Part shown: in pieces, positions 52,904 through 64,000 of the stretch
Position numbering within the stretch: position 1 is the first letter of the stretch
How the letters are laid out: every line of letters begins with the position of its first letter
Origin: the human T2T-CHM13v2.0 reference genome, Homo sapiens
DNA: 64,000 nt
Assembly (NCBI RefSeq): GCF_009914755.1
Contig: NC_060925.1
Reading direction: 5' to 3' (one strand)
Notes under the pieces: model-generated
Database searches by the model: none
What the model saw: the letters and a program-made list of their open reading frames with translations, nothing else
What the model was told of the DNA's origin: nothing
Translations under genes and position numbers: made by a program

Positions 52904-52984
52904 GGTGCCGTGAACAGAGCCAGCGAGGGGTGCCGTGAACAGAGCCAGCGAGGGGTGCCGTGAACAGAGCCAGCGAGGGGTGCC
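52904..52984. repeat. 25-bp tandem repeat, 3 copies
   Basis: Unit ggtgccgtgaacagagccagcgagg. Confidence 0.95.
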
Positions 52985-53969
52985 TGTTTCCTCACGGTTT
53001 CCCCTTTCTCCCTGGAGAACAGCGCCAGCCGCCTTGTAAATCACCCCTTTGCCCCGTCTGACATCTCCTGTTGCCTGGGCCGCCTCGGCCTGGACCCTGA
53101 GGCCAACCTAGTGATGGAAAGAGAGCGAGCCCTAAAGGGGGCTGGGCTTGGTCAAGTTCAGCACTTCCTCCGCCATCTTCTCCCCATCCCCCATCACGAC
53201 CCCGGGCAGCGTCTGCCTCTCGTCCCCGTGGTGTTTGCCATCACCAATCCGTTTGATTGATCATCTCGGTGGCCACAGGTTGGTAATAAAGCTGGTTTCA
53301 GAGCCTCTTGCATTTCCCCCAGGACCCCGTTGGCATGACAGGACTTGACACCAGCCATTCGTCACCTGCTGCCTGTGGTCTCTGCACAATGACCAGCAGA
53401 CAGACAAGAGCCAGGCCAGGAGGAGGCTTCGGGAGAGGCTGGGCCTGTGCTCAGGGCTGAGTGAGACTAGTGGACGTGGCCGGCCCCATGCCTCTCTGTG
53501 CACGGCTGGATCTTGCAAACAGTCGAGTCCTGGCTGCTGCGCCACCCGGGGATGGCATCGTCTGTCACACGCTTCACTCTCCCTGTGGCGCACTGGCATC
53601 CACCATGCCCACCTCAGAGGCCAGGAGGCACGTCAGCCGGGAAGGCTGCAGGGAACCCCCAAGCCCAGGCCACCAGGGCCCTACCCTGCCATGGGGCGCA
53701 CTTGCTCAGGCCTCTCCTCACCACAGGGTCTCTGGGTGCCTCTGTGAAGACAGGATCCCAGTACAGGAAAGCCCCAGGCTGGCCCCGACCCTCTCCTTTT
53801 CTGGGAGGAAAAATGGGTTTATGTTGTGAATCCGCTGAAGCCCCTGGGACGTTGTCCAGGGACAGGGTCAGTGAAAATGTCTCAAAGGTCGGGGACTGGG
53901 CACAACGAGGCATTGACCCCAGATGAATCCACAGAGCTCCCGGAGCAGGGGAAGTAGCCCTTGTTCACC

Positions 53970-54178
53970 CACATGCACACACACACGCGCGCACACACGC
54001 ACACGCACACACGCGCACACACACGCACACATATGCACACACAAACGCACAGTTGTGAACACGAGCATATGCACATGCACACACGTGCACAGGCACATGT
54101 GCATAACCACTGTGTAAACACACCCAGGCACAAACAGGAACACAGACCCATACACTCATGCACATGAGCACACGCACT
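53970..54178. repeat. Degenerate (CA)n/(CG) tract
   Basis: Read directly. Confidence 0.85.
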
Positions 54179-56472
54179 TTTCCAACACCGTGAAGTCCGT
54201 GCATCCGGGAGCTCTAGGTCAGCGATCATTGCTAGCAGGCCATGGGACCCTCTCATCTGAAAAGGAGGGAGGGCAGGGCAGGGGCTTGTAACCAAGAACT
54301 GTGTCTGGGGTCATTCCTAATTCAAGTCTGAGACAGTGTGAAGGCTTCTTCTCATTCTCATGGCCATTTCCCCAACCCCACCCAGGTCCCTAAAGCCCTA
54401 TCATAGCCTGGCCTTACCGTCCTCGCCTGGTTTTCCAGCCTCCCACCCTGCCTGGGGCAGAGAAGACCCCCTCAAGGCCATGCTGCATCTCCTCCAGCAT
54501 CCCAAATCCTCCCCATGGGCCATCTCCCACATGGTGTGGATAAAGGGGCGTCTTTCCTAGGGACAGCCTGGCTGCGCCCTTGCAGCCACACCTAGGCCTA
54601 ATACTGTCTGGATGGCAAACAGGGAGCTGAATGAACCCCACTGCACAGGCAGGACCCCAGGGGCAGCCTGCAGAGTGTGGGAGGGGCCTGTGTGGAGTTC
54701 ACATTCATGCAGGATATTTCAGCAGCAGCACATTTGCTCACATCGGCAACCCCCTCTTCTAAGCACCCACCTAAAGCGCAGTCACTAGCAAATGGAACAT
54801 CCCTGTGCTGGGCATGAAACAGGCCCTGGAACCTCAGCCGCACCCGGCACCCTGCTGCCCGGCGGGGCCTGCAGTCAGCCAGGACACCCGGCAGCCACAA
54901 GGCCGCCCTCTCTGGAGCCTGTGGTCTGGTTCGGCTAGGGTATTGTGATCTGAGGACCCTTAGAAAACTGGCCACCCGAGAACTTTTCCAGTGTGACTGC
55001 TGGCCTCTCTGGCAGACGTGTCCAAACTCAGAAAACCTCTGCTGCTCTGACCACAGGGAACGTCAGAGGGGACGGGGCAGCGGAACAAAGCACAAAGCGT
55101 CCCTGCGTCCTCTCAACGTGGCCCAGCTCCTGCAGACACTCAGCGAGCCGTGGCCTCTCCCATCCTCCCACGCTTCCCTCCGGCCGGCCCTGGAGATCCG
55201 TGGAGCCACACGGTGCCGAGCGCGGCGCTGGCCGTGTGCTCCGTGTCTGTCATCGTCAGCCCTGTCCACCTTTGGGGCAGGGGCAGCTGGGCTGGCTCCA
55301 GTTTCTCTCCATGTCAACTTTGCAAAGGAAGGAGGTGGATGCAGAAGCTGCCACCAATAGCCACGTGGGCAGCTGTGGCCCCGAGTCCGGGGATGCAGTT
55401 GGTCATCAGGAGCCTCGAAGCGTCGCTCACCATGCCTGGAAAGACCGGCGGCCTCTCCTGCCCAGGCGCAGGCCCTCGGCTCAGCAGAAGCCCTGCAGAA
55501 GCTGGAGCAGGAGGCATCCCTGGGTCCGGCACAGCCTGTGGTCAGGCCGCCTCTGCAGCGGGGCAGGGTAGATGTTCTCCCCTCAGATCTGAAACGCAGA
55601 GAGGAAGGGCGGGCCCTCGCGGTGCCTCGGGGCAGCTGTGCTGAGCAGTGTCAGCCGCTCCGGGCGAGGGACCAAGTGGCCACACTGGCCGCAGAGCTGC
55701 CCTGCCCGGCGGCGTCAGTCTGGGACGCCCTGCACGCCTGCCCCTGCCACCAGGCTGGCTTCCTTCTGAGCTGCCTCGGCCGGAGACCCCTTGTGACTGG
55801 GCTCTCTGTGGATGACAAAAGGAAAGACTTGAGCAAGAGGCTCTGAGGAAGGTGCCGGCCCCTCTCCAGACTCCTGTGCCACAGGCTGAGGACGGGCAGC
55901 CGTCAGGGAGAGTCTGTGCTGCAGGAGGGCAGAGGGTCGGGGGAGTGGAGCTGAAGGGGATGGTGGAGGAAGGAAGGCAGGACAAAGGGGCCTCCACCGC
56001 CTCCTGCCCCTTTCCCCATTGCCTGAGGACCAGAGCCTGCGGGGGGGTGGGGACAGGGAAGTGGCCTCCTGGGCCAGCATATCCCTGAGCCAGTGTGGAG
56101 TGGACAGGCGGCCCCTCCTCCCACCCCCCCGGGCACCCACCACCAATGTGGGTCCACACCATTCCCCATGACGTCAGCCGAGAAGCATGAGCTCGGTCAA
56201 GACAAAACCTCATGGAATCCCGAGTCTTTTAAAAGAAATATTGATTTATTTTCCAATCACGATAATGCCATACTTTTTTTGTAAAACAAGCAGGGTGAAA
56301 AAAAAAAAACATTTAAATAAGAAAGTCAGAATTATCCATGAGTCCTCTATTGCTGTGTGGAAGCCAGTTATGGTCAGAGAGAGACATTCAGCACCCACTG
56401 CATGGGTAGGGGGTGGCTGCCCCGAGCTGGTCACCAGCTTAGTGCCAAGTCTGTGGCTTGTTGAAGCCGACT

Positions 56473-56558
56473 CTGTGTGTTCGTGTGTTGGTGTGTGCAT
56501 GTGACGTGTGCACATGAATGTGCGCATGACCTGGTGTGTGTGCACGTGTGTGTGCATG
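56473..56558. repeat. Degenerate (TG)n tract
   Basis: Read directly. Confidence 0.75.
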
Positions 56559-57739
56559 CTTGCAGCCCAGTGGCTGTCTCAGGGGACATGTCTTCAAGTG
56601 TGTGGCTCCCTGTCTCACCTGGGGCAGGTATATCTGGGAGGGTGCAGAGTTCTCTGTTTGCACACAGAGGAAGTGGTTTTCTGCCTGAGTCCCCCCACCC
56701 TTACTGCCAGCGTCCAACCTCACACCAGAGAAAAGCCAGAGTTTCATGTGCGGAGGGACGGCGTACATTCCAACAAGGTCCGTCCTTCCCACCTCAGGCC
56801 TTCCATCGCCTCCCTCGACTCCCACCTGGAGCCTGGAGGCAGCTGGAAGAACCCACCTCTCACCCCAGCAAGGTCTGTGGCGTTAAGGTCACACTGGCAC
56901 CAACTAAGAACTAAGACCTTCTCTGAGGCATGAAGGCTGTTGCTTAGCTTTGAAAACAGTAAATGTGAATGAAAGGGAACCTTGAGAAAGACCCGTTCCT
57001 AGGTGAAGTGAGAAGCAGGCTAGACTGGCCGTCCCGGGCCATACCCACCCTGTCTCCAAGGGGTCTCTGCCCAGGAGAAATCAAAGTGGGGTTCTCACAG
57101 CCCCTGGGGCAGGGGCAGGGAAATTTGGTCAGAAACAATGCGGAGCCCCCAGGGCTTTTGTCAAATCTCCATCCATGGGTTTTGTTTTCTCCCCAGTTCT
57201 GAATCTGGGAGGCCGAGTGGCTGCCCAGCGAGGTTGGCTCTGGGCTGAGGACAGCACTGCCTGGGCCTCCTTCCCTGGGTGGTTGTTCAACACCGGGCAA
57301 GTCCCTGCACCTGTCCAGCCTCAGCCCACTGTCTCAAAAGTGGGGCCATTGGCATTCTGGACTGTCAAGAAGCTTGAGAAACTGGGCCCTAGGAGGATGC
57401 TGCAAGATGCCCAGATGTCCTCTTCAACTCGAAACGTTGCCATCTGCCTTGCTGGCTCACACCCAGCCCCTACCTGAGAACGCAGCTGTGGGCACTGTCG
57501 CCCAGGAGGAGGCCTGGCTGCTGAGACGCTCCCTTCCTACAGCTGCCGGTGGCCAGAACCCTCCACCTGTGCTCCAGACCAGGCTGGCACTGAGACGCCC
57601 ACCCCAGCCATGGTCATTTAGAAATAAGTAGGTGTCCACTATATGAAATCGAAATAGGGATCATTCCTGTGCCTGCCAATAAAACACCAATCTCCTTGAG
57701 AGAAGCAGCCTTGAAACTTATCAGTCATTCACAACTTAG

Positions 57740-58065
57740 CATGATCAGATTGATGAGCTATGATCAGATTGATTGATTAGCTATGATCGGTTTGATGTGC
57801 TCTGATTGGGTTCACTGATGAGCTATGGTTAGATTCATTGATGAGTTATGACCAGATTGATTGATGAGCTATGATCAGACTGATGTTCTGTGATCAGGTT
57901 CATTGATGAGCTATGGTTGGATTCATTGACGAGCTATGACCAGATTGATTGACTAGCTATGATCGGTTTGATGTGCTCTGATTGGGTTCATTGATGAGCT
58001 ATGGTTGGATTCACAGATTAGCTATGGCCGGATTGATTGATGAGCTATGGTCCGATCGATGAGTT
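57740..58065. repeat. AT-rich 19/23-bp tandem repeat with ~88-bp higher-order period
   Basis: Units gatgagctatgatcagatt(gatt); block tagctatgatcggtttgatgtgctctgattgggttca recurs at ~57778 and ~57954. Confidence 0.9.
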
Positions 58066-59789
58066 GCTTTCAGGAAACCAGGGATAAGGAGCAGGCAGAC
58101 GCCATCCCTGTACCAGGGGGTGCAGGGTGCTCAGGGAGACTGGAGCCCCAGTCTGCCTGGAGCTGGCATGAGGCCAAGGTGGGCGCCCGCAGCCCTGGAT
58201 GTGGAGGGGTGTTCTAGAAGGAGTGCTGGCCTGCAGGAAAGGCCTTGGGCTGCAGTCAGGTCAGCCATGAACCCTTCAGTCAAACATGTGACCTGAACTG
58301 AGAACCCCAGGTCCAGCCTCTAGGTATGGGACGCCAGCTCTCTCCTTACCACCGAAGCAGCTTTGGGCTTGCACATGAAAAGCTTCCGAACCTTGACTCC
58401 CTTCACAGGCCTGAGCAGTGAGTTCCCAGAATGTTCTAGAAGAGGCATGTGCTCAGGGAGGCCATGCTTCAGTGTGCAGACGTTTCCCCAGAGAGGTCAG
58501 CAGGTGCCGGGCACCAGCCCTTCCCCAGACACAGGCTGGCCCTGCCAGCTGGCTTAGCAGGGCGCTGCCTGTGTGTGGAGTGGGGGCTCTGGGCTCCTTG
58601 CTTGGCCCCCACAGGTCCTCGACCCAGAGACCTTGTCCCCCCACTGTCGGGCTTAGGACAGGCCAGGGTCACCCTCAGCAGAACCTGGGGCCAGCGCCGC
58701 AGGGCCCCCTGGTTTGGAAAGCCTGTTCCTCAGCTCTGTCCCAGCGGGCACTTAGCTGAGGATACCCCTGATGCTGCTCCATGCACACCTCTCACCACGA
58801 TTCAATCCACCTGAGGATGGTCACCTTCTCAGGGAAATGGGGAAAGACTTATTGCCAAGGTCACTGAAGCCTTCCTGGTCTTGGTGTCTGGAAAAAACTC
58901 GCCAAGAGAGCAGGCATCTCCCGAGACCCAGGAATCAGCATGGCCACCAGAGCTGGTCACTGCCACTCCGAAGCTCCTCAGGCAGCTTCCTTTCTCCCTA
59001 GGGAGGAGACACTGTTGTCCGTCTGAAGCCTGGCGAACGTGGGACACAGGAGGCAGCCGTGGCCGGAGGGGCACGAGGGTGGTGGGCAGCCAGCGCTAGC
59101 CCAAGCTCCCGGGGTCACTCCAAGGAGTAGTGAGGGCTCCCCTGCAGGTGCAGTGAGAGGCGTGGTAGTATTAGGGCGGTTAGAGGAGGGGCGTCTCCCT
59201 TCCCTTCCTTCTGAGTTTTCTTTGACACTGTCATCTTTCAGTGCAGAGTCAATGCTGCAGAAGGCTCCCTGTGAGACAGGCGAGGCTGTGAGGCCGGGTG
59301 GGAGGCAGCGCTTCCCGAGCAGGTGCGGGGTGCGTCTTCACTCTGCCCCTCCCGACACTTGGTTTTGGAGGGGTCTGACCCAGTGGCCGGGCTCATGGGT
59401 GGGAACTGGCCAGCCAGCCCCTCGTCACCTTCCCTCCTGCTTGGGCTCCACAGCATATCCCAGGCACAGCTGCCCATTAGAGGCGGGGCTGTCCCTGCAA
59501 TGGAGGTGCCAGGGAATGTCTGTCCAGGCCTTGGCCAGGGCCCGGGGTGGCTGCAAATGGCCTTAGGCCAATGAAGGACACAGCTGCCCCCCAACCTTGT
59601 TCATTCTCCAATGCCCCTCCCTCTGTCCCTCTCTCCCTCCCTCCCTCCTGCAGCCAGACCCTGGAGGTGGGCTCCATGGCATAGGACAGCCCCAGGCAGA
59701 CCCAACTCACCCACTCCCCAGAGTGGAAAGAACAGCCTCTGCCCCACACTGCGCGGTGCCCCTAGGTCCACAGCAGAGACAGACACACA

Positions 59790-60017
59790 GAAGAGAGGGG
59801 ACGGACAGCGAAGGGTTACGGGGACCAGACCTCAAGGTCAGAGGAAGAGAGAGGGGACGGTCAGCAAAGGGTTACGGGGACCAGACCTCAAGGTCAGAGG
59901 AAGAGACAGGGGGTGGTCAGCGAAGGGTTATGGGGACCAGACCTCAAGGTCAGAGGAAGAGAGACGGGGCGGTCAGCGAAGGGTTATGGGGACCAGACCT
60001 CAAGGTCAAAGGAAGAG
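59790..60017. repeat. 56-bp tandem repeat, 4 copies, each with TCAAGGTCA
   Basis: TCAAGGTCA at 59832, 59888, 59944 and 60000. Confidence 0.95.
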
Positions 60018-62989
60018 TATATTTCCCGCCTGCTTCCCCCAGCATCTTCCAGCAAAGCCGGCTGGTGGTGTTGCGGCCACACAGCCTCCCCGACCAACAT
60101 CCAAGCCTGCAAAGCTAAGAGGTTAGGATCTGCAGGAGCCCAGGTGCCTCCGCGGGAGGAATGTGGCTCAGATTCGGGGGACCGGTGCGCGGTGTGTCCA
60201 GGAGACGCAGGCACATCGCAGGGTTGGAAGTGCGCTGGGGGCCTGGCCTGTGGTCCTGGCTGGGATGCCGCCATCCTAGGGTAGCGGGCCTGGGGGGGCC
60301 TGGAGCTGGGGGCCATCCTCCCATGGCCTGGGCCTGGGGCAGGGGCTGCTGCCCGCCACCCGCCACCCGTAGCCCGCCCGGGAAGCTGGGGTGGAGGCGC
60401 CCTCTATCGCCTGCCTGGGGGACATCTCGCCAAAGCACACCGGTTTGCAAAGGCAAACCGACATTAAGCGTCCCAGGTTCCCCAGACATTATCTGCCTTT
60501 TGGGAACCTTTAAAATAAAGAGTCAAACGTTTTCGGCCCCTGTCTGGCTTTTTATGTAAACTGAGTGGTTCCTGGAGTGTGTTTTTTAAAGTGTTAAGAT
60601 GGCAGTATTTATCTGGAGGGGGAGGGAGGAAGAGCCAGGTGGGCGTTCTCCTATTAGGCCAGAATTTTCAGAGAAAACCAGTGTAAGGCGTGGCCAAAAT
60701 GATGAGTTTGTTTCCCGGTGGCCTAGGAGTCTGTCCAGAGCAAAGCAACTGCCAGGTGGGCTTCTCCTGGCACTGTCGCCGTGAAGCCTTCGGGAGCCAG
60801 GACCTGCCAACAGCCAGAGTTCAGCCCTGCAGGGAAAGGGGCGGCCAGGGGGAGCCCCACACCCTGAGAACGTGGGAGTGCGGTCTTGATACAGATCATC
60901 TTCAGATAGACTCTGTGGCCTTATGATGGGGAATCTGAGGGTTCATTCTCAGCCAGAGAGGAGGATAAGGGGTGTTGCTTCTAGAAACGGCCATGCGTCT
61001 TGGGGGCTTCACGGAGCACCTGTGAGCCTGGGGTGGCCAAGCCTGGGAAACCCAGCGTGGTCCCGCCCAGGCCAGGGCAGAGCAGAGAAGGGTCAGAGCT
61101 GGAGGCCGGGCTGAGGAGTCTGCAGCCGCCAGGGCAGCTTCCGAGCTTGGTGCACCTACTCACCACGCTGGCCCTTCCTGGGCTGTAAGCCCTGAGTGAC
61201 CTGCTCCCCTCTGGGCCCGGGCTTTCGGAGGCGAATGTTGGTAGGTTTCTCTGGCCGGTATAGCCCTTGAGCATGGAACGCTTCACCTGGTGCCCTGGAC
61301 GGGGTGCAAGGGAGGCAGGCTGGCACTCTCTGGCCCCCCCAAGTTCTGGGCCAGCCCCCAGCATTTCCTGCTGAGAGTCCCAAGGTCCTTGGTGAGGTTT
61401 TCAGAGCCCACTGGGCAAACCTAGGGTGAGGTGGGCTGTGTGGACTGCAGCCAGGAGCAAAGTCTGGCCTGGGGCACCCCAGCCCTCTGGCCCCAGCCCC
61501 GTGGAGGCCCCTGCCTCTCCCCTCCAGCTGGCCACCTGGGCGTTCTGATTACCTCTCCAGGTGTGGCTGGGAAAGCAGCTCTGCCCTCTGCCCTCACCCC
61601 ATTGTTCCCCAGGCTCTGCCTTTCAGGTCGTTTTACGTTTTCACCTGATCCCTGTGATGCTGCAAAGCATTCCCAGGCCACTGAGCAGCCCTGCCACAGC
61701 CGCTGTGTCGCCCCCACTCACAAATCTCGGGACGGACATGTCCCCTGCCTTCCTGGGAGCAGGCATGCTCCCAGGAAGCTGTGACATGCTCGCTCGGGAG
61801 CTTGGAGCTGTGACATGCTCGCTCGGGCTTCTTCGCTCACACCCGCGACATCCACATTGGCCGTGGTCATAGCCAGCCTGAGCCCAGGGCGTGCTTGAGC
61901 CCCTCCGTCTCTGGTCCCTGGACGGCCAAGGTCAGTTTCCTCCCCCTGGAAATGGCTAGATGAAGGTCTGCTTCTCCAGATGCCAGCCTTGCTCCCAGGC
62001 CATGGCAGAGGAAAGCCCCCCCACCACCGGACACCTGGCATGTCCACCTGGGGAAAGGGCACTGGCCCTCTCTGGCAAGAGCTTCTCAGACCCCAGGGTA
62101 GGTGGACTTTGTGGTTTTCATCTCTGCCGAGCGTGGAGCCCAATCAAAGATCCAGGCTCCGCTGACGAGAAAACCCAGAAAGCCCCTGCGGCGTGACACA
62201 AGGAAAAATAAATATCAAAAGAACATTTGACGAGCTCAATAAATTGATCATATTGTGCTGAACCTTCACCCCCATAACTATGGGACCATTTAAATGCTAA
62301 TGCCATTTTTTAAAAAGTCAATTACAGGAGTTTGCAAGGAATGGAGTCAGCATTCCCCACGACAGCCTCTCCTCCTCCAGCTCCCTCTCCTCATCCACAG
62401 GCACTGGGGCCTTTGCTCCCCTGAAGGAAATGTTCCCTCACAGTGGTCCCAGTAATTGAATCAAGTTGATACAGACACCAGGAATATTGCAAGTTGTGTG
62501 GGTAATGGGAAGCACGTGTTGATAAAGTGGTCAGTGTTTGCGGACCAAGGGGGGCCGCAACTGCAGTTAACCCTTCAGAGAGCACAGCGTCCCCACAGCC
62601 CGAAGGGCCGCCCCCTGCCTGGCAGAGCCCCAGGTGGGTGACATGCAAGCATTCCGGAATCTTCCAGCCCTGGGTTCCTGTTTCCCATCAGCACCTGCTC
62701 TGCTCTGCAGACGGCAACATGGCCACAATTCTCCCTCCTCTTGGTGGCACCTCCTCACCAACTGGACCCAACCGAGCCTGCAGCCTCCTGAATTGACATG
62801 CAGGAGAGGAGAAAGAAGAAGACATGGACCCCCAGAGAAAGCTGGATGCTCAGGAACCCCGTGTCCTCCATAAGGGCCTGAGGGCCTGGGGGTTCAGCCT
62901 TCTGCACCCCCAAGTTCCTCCCACACCAACTGTGCTGGTGGCAAAATTCTAGTCACCATTTTCATACCGACAGCCTCTACGTGCTGGGC

Positions 62990-63110
62990 GCTTAACTCAC
63001 AGGAGACCTGCAAGCCTCACTCGGGGAAACAGAGGCACACAGAGTGGAGGGGCCGCCCAGCTCAGATGCAAGAGGATGGAAAGCATGGGACTCAAAGCTG
63101 GGTCTGCCCA
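62990..63110 (-). mobile_element. Degenerate MIR
   Basis: ggggaaacagaggcacacagag...gcccag...tgggactcaaagctgggtctgcc follows the reverse MIR layout. Confidence 0.6.
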
Positions 63111-63270
63111 CCCTTCCTGGGTGCTGGGACTCAAAGCTGGGTCTGCCCACCCTTCCTGGGTGCTGGGACTCAAAGCTGGGTCTGCCCACCCTTCCTGGGT
63201 GCTGGGACTCAAAGCTGGGTCTGCCCAACCTTCCTGGGTGCTGAGTCTGCCCACCCTTCCTGGGTGCTGG
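63086..63270. repeat. 39-bp tandem repeat, ~4.5 copies
   Basis: Unit gctgggactcaaagctgggtctgcccacccttcctgggt. Confidence 0.95.
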
Positions 63271-63473
63271 GGCCCTGTTCCCCTGACCCTCATTTTCCCA
63301 CCCTTGATCTGGCCCATGAGGTCCTGGGGGCCTGGAGTCTTCCTGGGGTCAGCAGGAGGCCTGCCCCACTGGGGCGGCAGCATGGACGCTGGGAAGTGGG
63401 ACCTGGACGCTTGATGTTGAAACCGTGGTGCCTCCAGGATGCCCTGAGCGCCGTAGGAGAGCTCCACTTCCCA

Positions 63474-64000
63474 GCCACGCGGGCATCCAGGATTGCATTT
63501 ACCGGGGCTGGAGGCGCCCCGCCACGCGGGCATCCAGGATTGCATTTACCGGGGCTGGAGCCGCCCCGCCACGCGGGCATCCAGGATTGCATTTACCGGG
63601 GCTGGAGCCGCCCCGCCACGCGGGCATCCAGGATTGCATTTACCGGGGCTGGAGCCGCCCCGCCACGCGGGCATCCAGGATTGCATTTACCGGGGCTGGA
63701 GCCGCCCCTGCCACGCGGGCATCCAGGATTGCATTTACCGGGGCTGGAGCCGCCCCGCCACGCGGGCATCCAGGATTGCATTTACCGGGGCTGGAGCCGC
63801 CCCCTGCCACGCGGGCATCCAGGATTGCATTTACCGGGGCTGGAGCTGCCCCTGCCATGCGGGCATCGAGGATTGCATTTACCGGGGCTGGAGCCGCCCC
63901 CTGCCACGTGGGCATCCAGGATTGCATTTACCGGGGCTGGAACCGCCCCGCCACGCGGACATCCAGGATTGCATTTACCGGGGCTGGAGCTGCCCCTGCC
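63474..64000. repeat. CpG-rich 47-49-bp VNTR, at least 11 copies, runs off the window end
   Basis: Unit gccacgcgggcatccaggattgcatttaccggggctggagccgccc(c/ct). Confidence 0.97.

Noticed and set aside
63474-64000. CRISPR-like array (palindromic ~48-bp repeats)
   Set aside because: Head-to-tail units with no unique spacers, eukaryotic context, no cas genes

Overview
Mammalian, almost certainly human, GC-rich subtelomeric-type genomic DNA. The only supportable protein-coding sequence is a 51-nt internal exon at 19460-19510 (+) encoding QILTDVEVSPQEGCITK, which I recognise as exon 3 (within the PR/SET domain) of PRDM16 (1p36.32). The rest is PRDM16 intron 2 (1-19459) and intron 3 (19511-64000). 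The introns contain: a 5'-inverted (twin-primed) L1PA3-like insertion with a clean 12-bp TSD; four Alus; old L1M, L2, MIR and MER2/Tigger remnants; two CpG-island-like segments; several AT-rich homeodomain/PBX/HOX/GATA/SOX/RFX motif clusters that look like conserved enhancers; and an unusually high density of minisatellites. Nearly all ORFs in the track are GC- or repeat-driven artefacts. I find no convincing novel gene system. The best leads are regulatory and unverified: tandem repeats that multiply specific signals (4x perfect ERR/NR5A site at 56-bp period, PBX-motif satellite, ~110-unit GGACA/DRACH array on the sense strand, MIR B-box-derived VNTR), an intronic promoter-like CpG island 3 kb upstream of exon 3, and a QKI-type branch point on the frame-preserving exon 3.
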